DNA of 63,272 nucleotides, the filler included, from Lenisia limosa (Eukaryota; Protista; Breviatea), in assembly GCA_001655205.1 (NCBI GenBank). It is 15 parts of 15 records of this genome, joined end to end, with 100 filler letters (N's around TTAATTAATTAA, not from the genome) between each part and the next. Parts side by side here need not be neighbours in the genome. Positions count along the whole stretch, not along the records: positions 35,331 to 42,814 come from LPNZ01001542.1; positions 42,915 to 48,197 come from LPNZ01009667.1; positions 48,298 to 50,796 come from LPNZ01009790.1; positions 50,897 to 56,304 come from LPNZ01004040.1; 11 more parts are not named here. One strand, given 5' to 3'. Positions 39,901 to 53,900 of this stretch are shown in pieces. The stretch's first letter is position 1. Each line of letters starts with the position of its first letter. The notes below the pieces were generated by a model that did no database searches, was not told the origin of the DNA, and saw only the letters and a program-made list of their open reading frames with translations. A program made the position numbers and the translations under genes.

Positions 39901-41183
39901 CACTTCCACAAACGGGCATTCCAGAAATCTCAGCACAAGCCTGTGGAATGTCAATGACATACATATAATGACCTAATTTGGACTTTGTTCAAAAAAGGGT
40001 GACTTTGCACACCACTAGCCCACTGAGATGAAGTGACTCCGAACGAGGGTGTAGTTGAAGATGTGCTCATTAGCAGTACTCAGGTCATATATGATGGTGG
40101 TGTCATCACTGACTACCTGTGAGATTATTAGGAGATGGCATGTCTTCATGGCGCTTTCCCATTGGCCACACTTATAAGACAATAACATTTTGGTAACTCT
40201 GATTCGCTAGAGATAAGGAGCAGAAAAACACTCTTAATACCCCCTCTCTCTCTCTTTTCTGAGACTGTTTGAAAGCTCTGATTGGGTACGAGAAGGCATA
40301 TCGCCTTCACTTCAGCTCCAAAACTGCCCTCACCCTATCACCATACCTCTTCCCCAAAAAAACAGCCATTTCCCGCTGGAGAACACATGTACCATTTTCA
40401 ACCAACTTTGAGACTCGAGACGCTATTTTCAAGGTACGTGATGTTGACCAGTCTCTCCCTTCCGATAGTTTCCACGGAGAGTGTTGACAACCGCAGTTCT
40501 AGAGGTGAATGAGATAATAAAACGGCCCAACGCAAAATAATATCCGTCCGAAAGCGAATGTTTATCATGACAGTAAGTATCTCGCCAATATGATCAATTC
40601 ACGTTCATGAACATCTATCAAAAACAATGGCAAAGATAAAAATAGTTTAAAGGAAATATCTGTCCCTCCTTACGACTATGGATGATGTCACCAGCAGCCT
40701 TTTGGCCATTGATGAGCACTTCGCCACTCCCATCTAGTAGCACCGGTGCACAGAGAGCAAAACTAATCAGTCAACAGATTTATCACTTTTTTTATTCTCA
40801 TCAACAGATGATGTGGAGTTTGCAGATTGTGATATTGTATTTTCATGAGAGTTGCTTAGTCTGCAATGAACAGATGCATGCTGGGGGCAGGCGAACACAA
40901 ATTATGCATAAGACCAATACACACTCTAAAAGCCAAGCCAGAGTTATTCTGGATAATGGGAAGCAGCAATAACACCTGCCCAGAAAGGAGGAATCTAAAA
41001 ATTTCGATTACATATTTATTGATATAAGATTTATCTCTATTATTCCTCATATATGTGTTTGTATGTACATATATGTGTATTTACACTTGAATATAAAATG
41101 CCAAAATGCCCTATTGATAACTTAAGGACATGAACGGACCTGAGGATGGAGAGAAGCGGAAGAAGAATCGTCATCATCATCAT
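36997..41183 (-). CDS. Unknown multi-exon gene, possibly secreted
   Basis: Hydrophobic N-terminal exon MMMTILLPLLSIL, many internal open exons (e.g. CLDGVRNGGSYLNGYYNEQFTWPLSW, HIKANIYHNGKHVLAFNYNSLIPSTDV), and a last exon ending TINSCDL* at 36997. Could be more than one gene. Confidence 0.4.
37460..37538. mobile_element. Tc1/mariner-type MITE family B, full copy
   Basis: TA-CAGTGACCGGGATAAGTCTTGACCGATTT ... AAATCGGTCAAGACTTATCCTGGTCACTG-TA: long TIR and TA on both sides. Confidence 0.9.
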
Positions 41184-41687
41184 TTAGCCCACAAAAAAAC
41201 CTCTCTAATTTTGCTGAGAATTATTTATAACAATTATGATGGTTTGTTATGGTTGCACGACTGTTGTACCAGTATTATACCCCTTTTTTGATTGTCGATC
41301 TCGAATATCAGTTTTTCTCTCGATTTTGGACTCTCGACCCGCCCCGTGCTCTCGGGTCTACGGCCCTAACTAACTAACTAACGTGTTATTTAGTTATTGT
41401 GTCATTATTATTTATTATTGAGTTAGATTAGTTGAGAAGAGGTTAACCAAGCTAGACAAGAGCACTTTACTTTTGCAGTATTGCAACTTAGCTCAAACTG
41501 TGCTTCTTTGGTTGCAGCTTTATTGTTTCGTTGAGTGCTTCAGATGTGCCTACGGCCTGGTCAATATATAATATAATATAATATTATTATTTTGATAATT
41601 ATTGGCTAAACATTGCTTCTGGAAGGACCATATCATATATTTACCAAGTTGTTGATTACCCCCTAGCAAAAGCCCAACCAAACTCCA

Positions 41688-41690
<3 letters not shown>

Positions 41691-41722
<32 letters not shown>
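41691..41722. repeat. (CA)n microsatellite
   Basis: Perfect CA run just beyond the ACSBG stop codon. Confidence 0.95.
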
Positions 41723-41725
<3 letters not shown>

Positions 41726-41732
41726 CAAAAAA

Positions 41733-42814
41733 TTAATCCTCGGGGTACATGGAGACAATCAGCTCGCTGTGGATTTTGGAGACCACTGATCTGCGGATCT
41801 TCATAGTAGGCGTCATCTCAGATCCTAGAGGTGTGGTGAATAATGGAAAATGTTGATGATGAAACCAAATGAAAACTGGGAAGGAAATAAGTTCCATGAA
41901 GGACTATACTATAAAAAGCACATCCTCCACCATCAAGTGAAATGAAATAGGTATCAATAGAATTCGTTCACCAACATTAGGGGTATTGGTTTGAGAACTA
42001 TTTCAAATGAATAGCTGAGGAAAGCCAGGTACACCAACCGTGAATGGTCAGGTCCTTGGGGAAGAAGCGGAATTTCTGAATCTTCTGGGCGCGGGAAATG
42101 CAGAAGTTGTCATTGTAGTCCTTGATGGCTAACTCAATGGTCTTGTTCAGCGATTCGCTCCTAAAATGTCACCTCAATGCTCGATGTACATTTGTGATAT
42201 TTCCGTTTGCCATAGTATATTCATTGAGGAAAAATCAGTCAAGAGATAAAGGCTTTATTTGTTTAAAGCTTCACCTTTAGCTTTGATGTGAAAAAAGATC
42301 AACTATGTAGCTACTGTGCCTACTCCTCAGCTTCCTTGACGGTCTTGAAGCTTTCACCGCACTAAATAATGAGCAAATACCAAGAAAATAATGAAGCCTT
42401 CAGGCTAATGCCGTTTTGAAACAATTGAACATAGTAGAAAGATTAGCATTGATTCTCTCAGTTCCTAAAGCCAATCACCCACAGCAGCTTGGAGGAGTTT
42501 CTGACAGGGCCGAGTCAACTCAGTCGAAGGTACACCGTCCTCATCTTGCTGCACTCATGACAAGGAATCAAAGCAGTTTTGACAAGATTATATCATCATA
42601 TATATACATACATGGTATACATAATAAGGATAACATGGATTATTCTTTGAATTTGGCACAAAATAAAAGCCTCCCCCCATACGACACACTCAAGCGCGAA
42701 CAGACACGAAAGGTACTTCTTACGGTCACCGATGACGACGCACTGACTCAGGAAAGGCATCTTCAACTTCAGGTTATCCTCAATGGGAACAGGGGCCACG
42801 TTTTCTCCTCCTGT
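41733..42814 (-). CDS. ACSBG: Long-chain fatty-acid-CoA ligase, bubblegum (ACSBG)-type, 3' part
   Basis: TGGENVAPVPIEDNLKLKMPFLSQCVVIGDRKKYLSCL ... ISRAQKIQKFRFFPKDLTIHGG-SEMTPTMKIRRSVV ... MYPED*. This is the typical C-terminus of ACSBG-like ligases. Confidence 0.85.
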
Positions 42815-45800
42815 NNNNNNNNNNNNNNNNNNNNNNNNNNNNNNNNNNNNNNNNNNNNTTAATTAATTAANNNNNNNNNNNNNNNNNNNNNNNNNNNNNN
42901 NNNNNNNNNNNNNNGACTGACTTTCGGTATCGAAAAAATGAAGGACGATAGCACAAGAGTTGATTTCGAGTGTATCAGAGTACGAGTATCTTTGAGCAAT
43001 AAAGAACAAACAGTTTTCAGCCCAAGAGACTTTAAAGAAAGAGTAAAATACAATCAGAGACCAAGTAGAATTTGGCATGGCCACTATTACATTCAATGCT
43101 TGGCACGCAAAAGGCTGTGTAAAAAAAAGTCGGAATTGGGTGACTTAATGTTGTGCTATAACTGAAATCCCAACAAGCATGATGGTGNNNNNNNNNNNNN
43201 NNNNNNNNNNNNNNNNNNNNNNNNNNNNNNNNNNNNNNNNNNNNNTGCTGAAGCAGCATCATGGTCGGCTGAGGACTGCGAGAGATAGCGTTTAAACAGC
43301 AAGGGAATCGATATTTTCGGCACATAAGATGTTGAGTGTCGGAACAGCGATGGAAGAGCCATCGTGAGGCTCTTGGAGAGGATAGCCCGATGTTTTGCAA
43401 AAGGCTTCCTCGCGGATTCAATGCCCCGTTTTATTTCTATCTGTTAGAGTTTTTTTAAGTCCTTTCTGATTTTTTTTCTTTTCTTCACGTCTTTATTTGA
43501 TTGTGAAACATTGTCATTTCTAATTTCTTTTTAATAGGAATTATCCTGGGGATGACTTTCATCTTCCAAAGGCTTTCATTTTGTGGAAGGATAAAGTGAA
43601 TGAATGGTTCGCTCTTCGCTCGTCCTCCATTTTGTCATTTTGCCATTGCTCCTGCATTATTCTCTTTTGTCAATCCTTCCTTCCATCTAATTTAATAATC
43701 AAATATTCAAAGACATGCACACAAGCACACTTGTACATCATCTCACATCCCCATATCCGCATATGTCATCCATGCTCAAATTTTATGGGTCAATACTTAA
43801 TTCCTGATTAATATCATATTAATTAAACCTTTTCAATTAGTAAAAAATACCATCAGGGCAAAAAAGGACTTCTCTTGATTTGTGTTCGAAAATCCATGAA
43901 ATACCATATAACCATCACCATTACTTCTACTCTGGGGAAGTCCTAAAGAATTGAGATAATTCAAAGAATGATCTTGATTAAGGAAACCAGTCATGTTCAA
44001 TAGCAAAATGGAACCATTATGCCCTTTCATTCAATATAAAAAAAACCCCCTTTACCATTTATTTCACCAACTTACCTCATGCAGCAAGATACAATTCAGA
44101 AACAATCACATCGAATTTTGTCCTTTTATTTTCATTTTCCAATCTGACCCCTGAGTCCCTCACCCTACTTTTATGCCAGAATTTGCAAATCCCTCCACTG
44201 CGGTCTGAGCAAGTCAATTCATTTGGGCATTAAAGGACAGCTTTATTTTCTAGAATATTTTGACATTATCCCACGGTCTTATAGATAGTTTGTTTTTGTC
44301 ATTAAAGAAGATGCTCAATCTAAAGCCATGATGAGATGATGATGACAAACACTGAAAAGGGGGAAAGGAGCGGAAGAGAAAACGAACCAGTCTTTGATAC
44401 GTTTCGAACGTTTTCGTTACTTTCGCATTTGTCTTCAAATTCTGTTGTTGTTGAAAAATAAAAATATATTCCTGAGATAATAACCCCCAACATTCAACTC
44501 AGACATGATAGATGCTTTGATAAGATGTGCTGTCGGAGGCATCGACGACGGAAGGGTTTCTCAATAAACAGTTACTGCGGGTAAATTTAACTTCAGAAGA
44601 AAGAAAGTGTATTTGATTGGGTACAAGAAGAGCGGAGGAGGGAGGGGTGTCTACCGCAGTTTCTGTTCCGTAGCCAATTTGAAATCCGCAAGGATTTTTG
44701 ACCGCCCATTTTTCGGGCCCGGTTATTTGTTCAGATGTTCAGATTTGCCGCCTCCATTTGTGGGCTTTCCAGAAGACCAAAGGCAAATAATAAACCTGGG
44801 GGGCTAGTGTCTTTCAGATTTCATTGACAAATAAATTGCCTTATTTGGTAAGTTGGATCCTTTTATTCGTATTCGCCCCTGTTTTTGTCTTACGTTTCCT
44901 GTTTTCTTTACAGTAATATTATTTTTTAGTGAATTTATCTCAATTATCGAAGGTCACTGGTAAGCCCAATTATTCTACTATTTTTCCTCAATTCTCAAAG
45001 CCGCCAACAGGGCCCTTGTGTTCGATATACTCCCATGCTAGCATCATCTCGGGATATTACGCTGCTATCATTCATTTCATGAGTGCTTTTAAGGAAGAAA
45101 TGATAATGATTGTTCAACGATGGCCTTTATTACCCTCACGACCATCGGAACGATTCTTATTCTCAATTTATTAGGATGTTGTGACTCCTTTAGACCATTT
45201 CTACACCCATTGCATGAGCCAATGTATAACGTCAGATCAACTCAAAATGACTCAGTATGTCGGTCCATCTTGACCTTCTCCTTATGGCAACTTTCAATAT
45301 GTATATGTCCTTCGTTTCAAAATTACATCCTCTTTGAATTGGACCACCTTCGATAGTAGCATTGGAAATTCTGTCATCCCACCACCCTTTTGTTAAATTG
45401 CCATAATTTACCATTTTCCAAATGTGATGTTACGTTTTCAAGAATATTCACCATTATTAGCATCATATTTCACCATCATCATTTTCACCACCGCCACCAT
45501 TTTCACCACGTTTCCAACTTTTCAGGTTATCAAAGGAGACAGTATCTCCTCCAGAATCGACCGAGCTTTTAAACAATCAACAAAAGCAGTGGGAAGGGGC
45601 ATTAGAAAGCCGGGGTGTTTGTGAGGGGGTATTAAACAAGTAAATTTCTTCATTCCTCATCTTCTACCACCATTTGGTAGTTCTATTACTTCCAGTATTT
45701 TGGGGTTTGTGGGTACAATTCTGAAGAGCTGTTATCAAAGTGGAAAACTTTGCAATTGCAATTCTATCAGCAACATCTTCCTAATTAGACAAAATTCAAT

Positions 45801-45978
45801 TGATTCAAAACCGCAACACTTGAAATACCTTGTAACATGATGCTTGCGCTTCAGGTTCTGGAAAATAAATTCTCTATAAATCCTCGAAAAATATCGATAT
45901 GACATGTTTTTTTGGAACCCTATCAGACAATTTGAATTGATTTTGGCTTCCCTTCATTTTACCTGCATTACCAAACAG

Positions 45979-47110
45979 GGACTCCTCACAAGTCTTTCTG
46001 TCACGTCCCTGGACAACTTCATCAAAGAGGGTGGATTTGAAATTACGGACGCAATTGGAAAGGTACATATGGGGATTGTGATATTGTTGGGATAATTGGA
46101 ATATAAGGAGTAGTTCATAATTGTGGGTTTTTTCCGAAAGCTGATTAAGATTTAAATTGAAAGGAAGACAGTAATATATTAACTTTCTACAATTTCTAAT
46201 ATTTGACAAATTCATGAAGTGATAAACTCTTGGGTGACAATAACCTTGAGATGACCTGCACCTCGAGCTGATGAATACCAGCCCAAATGGTGAATCGAAC
46301 TGACCTCTTAGGGCCCACTCCACTACGCATGCGAAAAGAACGATCCAGCCCTTCTTTCTCAGTAAGCTAGATGTCATATTTTCCTACTATTTCATATCAG
46401 TAGTCTGGAAGCTATGTTCAAATCCCCCTTCATTCTCATCTATTTTCAGAAATATTTTATGATATGTATGAGACAAGTTTGAATGGATCAAATTAGGAAA
46501 TAGTGTTAATTAATAAACATAGAATCATATCTGTAAATTACTGTACCAAAATATTCTCACACTTATCTCACCAAATATGACGAATGATACCATTTTTGAG
46601 ACAGAATATGACGATTGTAGGCTCCTGCAAATGGAGGGTGCGGATGTAAATGCCCAAACCCTGAGCAACCGTACTCCTCTGCACTACGCCTGCCTCTGGT
46701 TTGCACTTTGCGTGACATGTGTATTACCAAACTACAGTTCTTTGTTATTAATTTTATGAATTACCTTTCAATTTGTAATTAATTTTAAGAATAACCTCAC
46801 ATTTCAATTATTGTTTCAAAGATTCTTAAATTCTCCAATTTTACTTCCTACACTTTTACCTTTGTCAGGGGAGCGGAGGCATGTGTTGATATTCTGCTCA
46901 AGGACGGAACTATTCACCCCTTCATGCGGGATGATTGGAACGAAACAGCCCAGGTGAGTCGTGTTAAATATGCTTAAAAAGTTGTTTTCAATTTTGTATC
47001 CAACAGTTTTGGTTTTTGCTATTTCATAATAGTANNNNNNNNNNNNNNNNNNNNNNNNNNNNNNNNNNNNNNNNNNGGTCATCGGAAGATTTCAGCCATG
47101 CTGGATCATG
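45979..47110 (+). CDS. Ankyrin-repeat protein, partial
   Basis: Exons GPLHYACEKNDPALL, LLQMEGADVNAQTLSNRTPLHYACL, GAEACVDILLKDG...DDWNETAQ and GHRKISAMLDH. Confidence 0.8.
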
Positions 47111-47985
47111 TATGTTGTTCTTCTGCTCTCATTTAGCTATTATCATTATTGGCTCTCATGTACAATCGCATAATCAAAGTTTCTCACGTTTTACCCCCCC
47201 CCCCNNNNNNNNNNNNNTTCAACCTGTCCCTGCATGAGCACACTTGATCAACCAAAGTGCTTAAGCTGACTCGAACTGACTGAATATATTTTTTTTCAAT
47301 ACCTCCAACTTGAGAAGGGGGATCAAGGCTTGCCCGCAAACAGCCAAACATCCCCTTTTTTCCCGTTTCATGGCGTTCGCTGTCATGTTGGGCTTTTGAT
47401 TTGCCTATCATATCATGCAACAACCAAATGGAAATACAATGAGAAACCTAGGGCGTCCTATTCGGATGTAGAAATGAGAATACATTATTTGAGCGAATTA
47501 GACCTGAAGGGTTTGCTCTTCAAATTTCCCTTTCTCAATGAAACAACACTGTCCCTCACTTTAGAATTAAAATTACAATACATTCTACCATATAAATACA
47601 ATATACTACATTACAGTGAACTCTCAGACCTGAGGACGTGAAACGAGGCAAAGTAGCGGTAATACAAAAAGAAATTTGGTACCCAAGATTTTATTTATTT
47701 CATTACCAGAATTAGCAAGATCTTGAACAATATTCCGAATTCCGAATTCAGCAAAACAGTTCTTTTTACAATATTCAGAATCAAGTATTATGATATCTCA
47801 CAAGAATCAAATCACAAAACCACAGCTTTCAAAGCATCAAAAAAACCAGAATATCAAAACACCACAGAATATCAACCTATTCCCACCGAGGCGACTCTTT
47901 GGCTGAGGAGGTAAGGGGCGGAAGACTGGGTAGAGCCCGGCTTTTGGTGGACGCTGCAAGGATTAGGAGCTGGCTTGAGCACCCC

Positions 47986-48076
47986 TAGGGTTCCACTTCG
48001 GTTCAAAAAAGAACACTACATATCGATAGTTTTGGATTTATCGAGAAAGTCAGTCTTTTTTGATTAGAAGGCCCTA
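47986..48076. mobile_element. hAT-type MITE family A
   Basis: TAGGG...GCCCTA termini; flanks AGCACCCC / AGTACCCC (7/8 match). Confidence 0.8.
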
Positions 48077-48402
48077 AGTACCCCGCGCCCAACTCATTCA
48101 GACAACAGACACCTCCCCCTTGACCTCTGGCACCATCCCGGGGCGGGAGGGGTGGCAGGTTAGCCTCGGCGCGGGACACGTACATCGACGCCCTCTCNNN
48201 NNNNNNNNNNNNNNNNNNNNNNNNNNNNNNNNNNNNNNNNNTTAATTAATTAANNNNNNNNNNNNNNNNNNNNNNNNNNNNNNNNNNNNNNNNNNNNTAA
48301 AGATATACTATATAATCATATAAAATCATATAGTAATCATATATCTTATACTATACAAAAATCATATATTATACACAAATCATATAGTCCACCTCCCCGC
48401 AC

Positions 48403-50230
48403 CCATCAACAACGGACACTCCCGCCAGAAGTGGATGTCCAGGCGCTTATCGTCGAACTCCGGGTCATGGCGACCGCAGAAGATACAGGTCTTGTCGAGG
48501 TTCCATGAATTACCAAAGATCTCCTTTCCATCCTGGGGGGGGGGGGTGNNNNNNNNNNNNNNNNNNNNNNNNNNNNNNNNNNNNNNNNNNNNNNNNNNNN
48601 NNNNNNNNNNNNNNNNNNNNNNNNNNNNNNNNNNNNNNNNNNNNNNNNNNNNNNNNNNNNNNNNNNNNNNNNNNNNNNNNNNNNNNNNNNNNNNNNNNNN
48701 NNAGGGGGGGTGAAATATATAATAAGTAAGTGACACACACATGGTATATTCAGCATTCTATAATTCTTCTATCATAACCCGTGAGCTGCCTCGGAGTAGA
48801 CAATAGCATCCAGGTGCCAGTTTGAGTTCTTTTTTTTGTTCTACCTTATTCCATTGACCATATATGCATAATTCAATTCAACAAGAGAAGTGGGATCCTC
48901 GTGGCTTCCTTTTCACCGTCCTTGACGTGTTGTTAGCGGAAATGTCAAAGTCTTTCATAGCTACACTCTTCGTCATGTCGTCTGTCGAGCCCAGTGGCGT
49001 CATCTCCCAATATTGCGTTGGGGCCGAGCGCCTGATGGAGGCGACTTCCAGTCTCCTTCTGATGATGTTTGGTTCTGCCGCAGGGGAGCTTGGCGGTGTG
49101 GCTGAGAAGGCGGCGGCGGCCAGGGACACGTTTATTCGGCTATACAACTCTTTTGAAGGTTGTTATTTCTATTTCGTAATAATCTTTTCTGTTTATTGTT
49201 TTTCAAGACATCGAGGTAACAGCCCCGAGTGTTGAGCCGGAGCAACACCACACAGCTGACCAAAAACTGAGTCATAATAATATGTACTATACATATCATA
49301 TCGATTGTATAATATTATGATACTCCACGTACAACGTTTCTTGATATTAAAGCAAAGTTCCTTTCATGAGTCAACTTTCACCTAAGCTGGAAATCTCACT
49401 TCTCCAGACACTGTTCTATGTCTCTGAGTGGGAACGAACATTGCATTTGTTCGAAATCGTTCTGGAGCTTGTGACCTAGGCGTTCCACACCCTAATGGGC
49501 TATTTTAGTGTAGTACACGCTATGGAAATAGCTGTGGGCAGGTACTCGTGTTGTCTTTTTATAACATTCATTTCCATTACCTCCCCCCCCCCCCTTTTTT
49601 TTTTNNNNNNNNNNNNNNNNNNNNNNNNNNNNNNNNNNNNNNNNNNNNNNNNNNNNNNNNNNNNNNNNNNNNNNNNNNNNNNNNNNNNNNNNNNNNNNNN
49701 NNNNNNNNNNNNNNNNNNNNNNTGTCCTGCACAGTTACTAACTCCAGTGCCCGAGTTTGTGCTATTCGACCCGACCAGGTAGATCAACACCAGATATGTA
49801 TTGATAGTGACGGAACAACTGAGGACAATTCTTCAAAAGCTGTCTTTTCACTGATGGGGGTTTCCTCACGTGGTGTCGCAGAAGTTGATTTCGTTCATGG
49901 GGAATAAACGTGGCTTCGGTGTCGTATTTTGCTCTTATAGTATTCCTATGCACGTATTNNNNNNNNNNNNNNNNNNNNNNNNNNNNNNNNNNNNNNNNNN
50001 NNNNNNNNNNNNNNNNNNNNNNNNNNNNNNNNNNNNNNNNNNNNNNNNNNNNNNNNNNNNNNNNNNNNNNNNNNNNNNNNNNNNNNNNNNNNNNNNNNNN
50101 NNNNNNNNNNNNNNNNNNNNNNNNNNNNNNNNCGTTTACCATCCGTCTTTCACTATCTATGAAGGTCCGCAAAATTTGTGGTTCCTGATCATGTGGAAGA
50201 CCCACTGGAGTTTCTTGAACAGTTAAGTAC
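48403..50230 (-). CDS. CEP104: Centrosomal/ciliary-tip protein CEP104-like, partial
   Basis: Exon 48403-48532 encodes KTCIFCGRHDPEFDDKRLDIHFWRECPLLM, matching the CIFC...LDxHxWxxCPxL zinc finger of CEP104. Upstream open exons lie on the same strand. Confidence 0.75.
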
Positions 50231-50917
50231 GTTCAACACAGCATCTTCGGGATGAGAAGGTTAGTAGATTGAAGGAATTCAACCCATGCTACTTTGAGTG
50301 ACCCTGGAGCTTATTCTTCTTAATCAACATGAAAAACTGAAGAAAAGATACACCAAAGAGCCACCCAACTCCAGCAAAGTAGGGATATGTTACAGGTAAG
50401 TGTTATGCATGTTGTACGCGACATAGTTGTGCTACTTTGATAGTACCATGGTTGTTTTACGGTCTCTTTTGGGAAAGTTCAGTGAGATGTAGGATGAAAA
50501 TATTGGACAATTGTTCTTGATTCATCACCTCTTGACCTAAACATGGACCCTTACGTTCTATTATGAAATGCGCAGACGAATGCAATCGTGGTGAAGGTAT
50601 GGATACCTTTTTTTTTTTATGGATCCTGAAGTATCCCATGACGCCTGTTATGACGCAGCAGCTGCCCTATTATTCGAACGCACCGCGTCCACAAGATGTA
50701 TGGGCTGGTAGCTTTATATTAAAGCGGGAAAGGGGAGAGGGAACAGGAATAAACGTAAAAGGGTATGAATGAAATAAAAATAAAAGAAAAAGTCCANNNN
50801 NNNNNNNNNNNNNNNNNNNNNNNNNNNNNNNNNNNNNNNNTTAATTAATTAANNNNNNNNNNNNNNNNNNNNNNNNNNNNNNNNNNNNNNNNNNNNCCCC
50901 CCCCCCCCCACTTTCTT

Positions 50918-53900
50918 GACTCTCTAAGTACTCCTCTTGAAAAGCCGGTTCGTCTTCAATTCTGATTCTGTGGAAGGGGTCAGCCGTGAAGCACAAATAA
51001 CAGCAAAAAACACACAAAAATAATATTAAAAACAAGCAGCATCTCAATGATATCGAATGGCTATTGAAAGCACCAATAGGGCGCGCGGGAAGGCAGGGGG
51101 TAGGGAACTGCATCAAACGAATTCAGCAATACCCACTTTTTCTCCTTTTTCTTTGTACGGTCCTTTTTGCTGCGTTTTTTGAGGATTGATTTCGTGGCCT
51201 CTTCTACAGCAATGAAAATGTGAACAGAGAAAGACGGAAAAACTCTCCGTGTTAGCGAACACGTATAGTGACCGGGATAAGTCTTGACCGATTTGCTATG
51301 TGATTTCCCAAAGAAAATCGGTAAAGACTTATCCCGGTCACTGGATTTATCAAATTGGTATCAATAGTTACTCCTGCAATTCTGACCCCCCACCCCCAGC
51401 ACACAGCATATTCGCGATAATACCATACCTGCCGCGCCGGGTTCGTCATCCAAATCCAGGGGTTCCATGGGGGGCTCCTCCGTCGGTTCCATATCGTCCG
51501 GCGGCGGCGGTGGTTCGTCTTCGTCATCCTGGGGGGTTACTCTTAATTTTATCAATCGATATTATCTTAAGATTTTGGTGAGAGATAACAAACTCCAAAA
51601 CAAACTTCACTTTGTTTCCAAAATACTCGTAAATTGTTGTTTTTATTGATCAAGGAGTAATAGAGTATTAAGTTGTTTGAGCCCATTGGAGGATTCATCG
51701 AGAATTTCGCTAGTTTATCGAGGATATATAGTAGAGCTTCACTTTCGGGTCCAAAAAAAAGAAGACTGAATCTCGATAAATTCTCGATAAATTCTCGATA
51801 AATATCAATATTTATCAGTCTTTTGGAACCGAAAGTGAAGCTCTGGTTTAGAGACCGTAAGAGAAGCTCTAATATCATATATTTGTGGCCTTGATGAGTC
51901 CAAATACGGATATTGAGCTCAATCTTTTCCATCGTATCAGGTCTGATCGTGATCACTATTCAGGCTCTCAGAAACCGGGCCGACCTCGGGCATTTCCGGC
52001 AGTTCATCATCCTCATCATCTTCAGGACCCGGCGTTGGGGGAAGTTCCTCTGCTGCAGATTCTGAAGGTGGTAANNNNNNNNNNNNNNNNNNNNNNNNNN
52101 NNNNNNNNNNNNNNNNNNNNNNNNNNNNNNNNNNNNNNNNNNNNNNNNNNNNNNNNNNNNNNNNNNNNNNNNNNNNNNNNNNNNNNNNNNNNNNNNNNNN
52201 NNNNNNNNNNNNNNNNNNNNGTAAAATTGGAAATTTATGAAAGCCCAAAATCAACTCTGTTGGCTAACAAGTAACATTGGGATGGTATGCAGTGAAGGCA
52301 CTACCATTTCCCCCATTAACATCGACCCAGCATACCGGACATGGAGTGGGGGAAGGCGTGGGGTAGGAGGGGGCTGGAGGGGTCGGACGGCGGCGGCGAC
52401 GGAAGAGACGCGTCGTCCATCTAAATAGTGAGGTGATAGAGGTGGGATACTTCTACTATGGACAACAGAAATTTTAAGAATATATATATATGTGCCTGAA
52501 CAACCCAAAACCCCAAAATATGACCTCCACCCCCCACAATAAATAACAAACAAATAAACAAAATACAATAACCCCAAAACGACCCCTCCCAAAACCCACG
52601 AAGAAACCTGGGGGTTCAGCGAACTCGGTCACGATTCTGGCCTCCTCCTCAGTTTCAACCGGCACGGGCTCAAGAGGGGCCACTGGGTCCACAGGGTACC
52701 CCAAAGAGCTGAATGTCAGAAATACGTGAATTGAATACCAAGAATACCACCATTTTTGTACAACAACACGGTACCTCAGTATATTACCCCTCCCCTCCCC
52801 CCCGTACCGAAGAGTGTCCAGAGCGGTGCAGATGTCGTCAACCGTGGACATGGTCACCCCATTTTGGATGTCTATCGGAAGTTCCGCTCCAATTCCCTAA
52901 TATGGTAAGCTGAAATCTGCATTTTTGGTAAGCTCTGAAAACTGCTTACTAATACGAACCCCATATCCCCGCCCCATATCCCCGCCCCATATTTCAGGAA
53001 GCATAATGAGTGACTTGTTCCTTTTGAGACCGCCGAAGCCCCCCCTCCGAATCTCCCTCAATAGATAGCAATGAGTAAAAATAAAAAAAAGGTTGTATCT
53101 GGCCGAAGCCATCCACACCAACGATATATTATAGTAATTCACCCAATCATTTGCCTTACAACTCTGTGCACACAGCTTTCNNNNNNNNNNNNNNNNNNNN
53201 NNNNNNNNNNNNNNNNNNNNNNNNNNNNNNGCCTCCCCTCATCCCCCTCACGGCCTCGGCTGCAGCGGTACAGAAGGCCGCGCAGTTCCTGGAGTATGCT
53301 GCCTATGGGAGTAAAATCGGAAAATTTATTAAAAAAACAAAAGAGCCCAAAATCAACAACTGTTTGCTAGAAACATATGAGGGTTGAAAACAGCAAAACA
53401 AACAAAGCCCAGGCATGACGTTTCTCCAGCGTATGGGTGAAGGAATGTTTGCTTGTACAATAATGTCTGTTGCAGTGAAGGGATGTTTGCTTGTACAGTA
53501 ATGTCTGTTGCAGTGAAGGGATGTTTGCTTGTACAGTAATGTCTGCTGCAGTGAAGGAATGTAGTAAGGTTTCTTAGTGCTCCAAAGCAGGTTCTCTGAT
53601 AATCGACACAATTTCAGTTTCCTGATATATTACTCCCATATTATGAAATTAATGAGAACTTGATCACATTCCACCGAAACTGGATTTAATGAAACAAGTC
53701 CACGCCTACAGGTCCCTTTAAAACCAAGGGTGCCACAATATCGCGTCGCCGGTCGGACAGGACGGCACGGGCTACTTCACAGAGGGCGCGGCCGTCTGAG
53801 AGGTACTCGATGGCAGACTGGTTGCATTAGTTGCATTAATGTTGGGTGAAAAAAAACAAAACAAGTTAATTTGATCAAAACAAAAAACAGAGAATATACA

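Noticed and set aside
40680-40775. SGEVLINGQK, reminiscent of ABCG transporters
   Set aside because: No Walker A/B or signature motif in neighbouring exons; too short to support.
8588-53560. 35-38 bp repeats in threes (8588, 11191, 53438) resembling CRISPR repeat length
   Set aside because: The units are head-to-tail with no unique spacers, no cas genes are present, and the context is eukaryotic and intronic.
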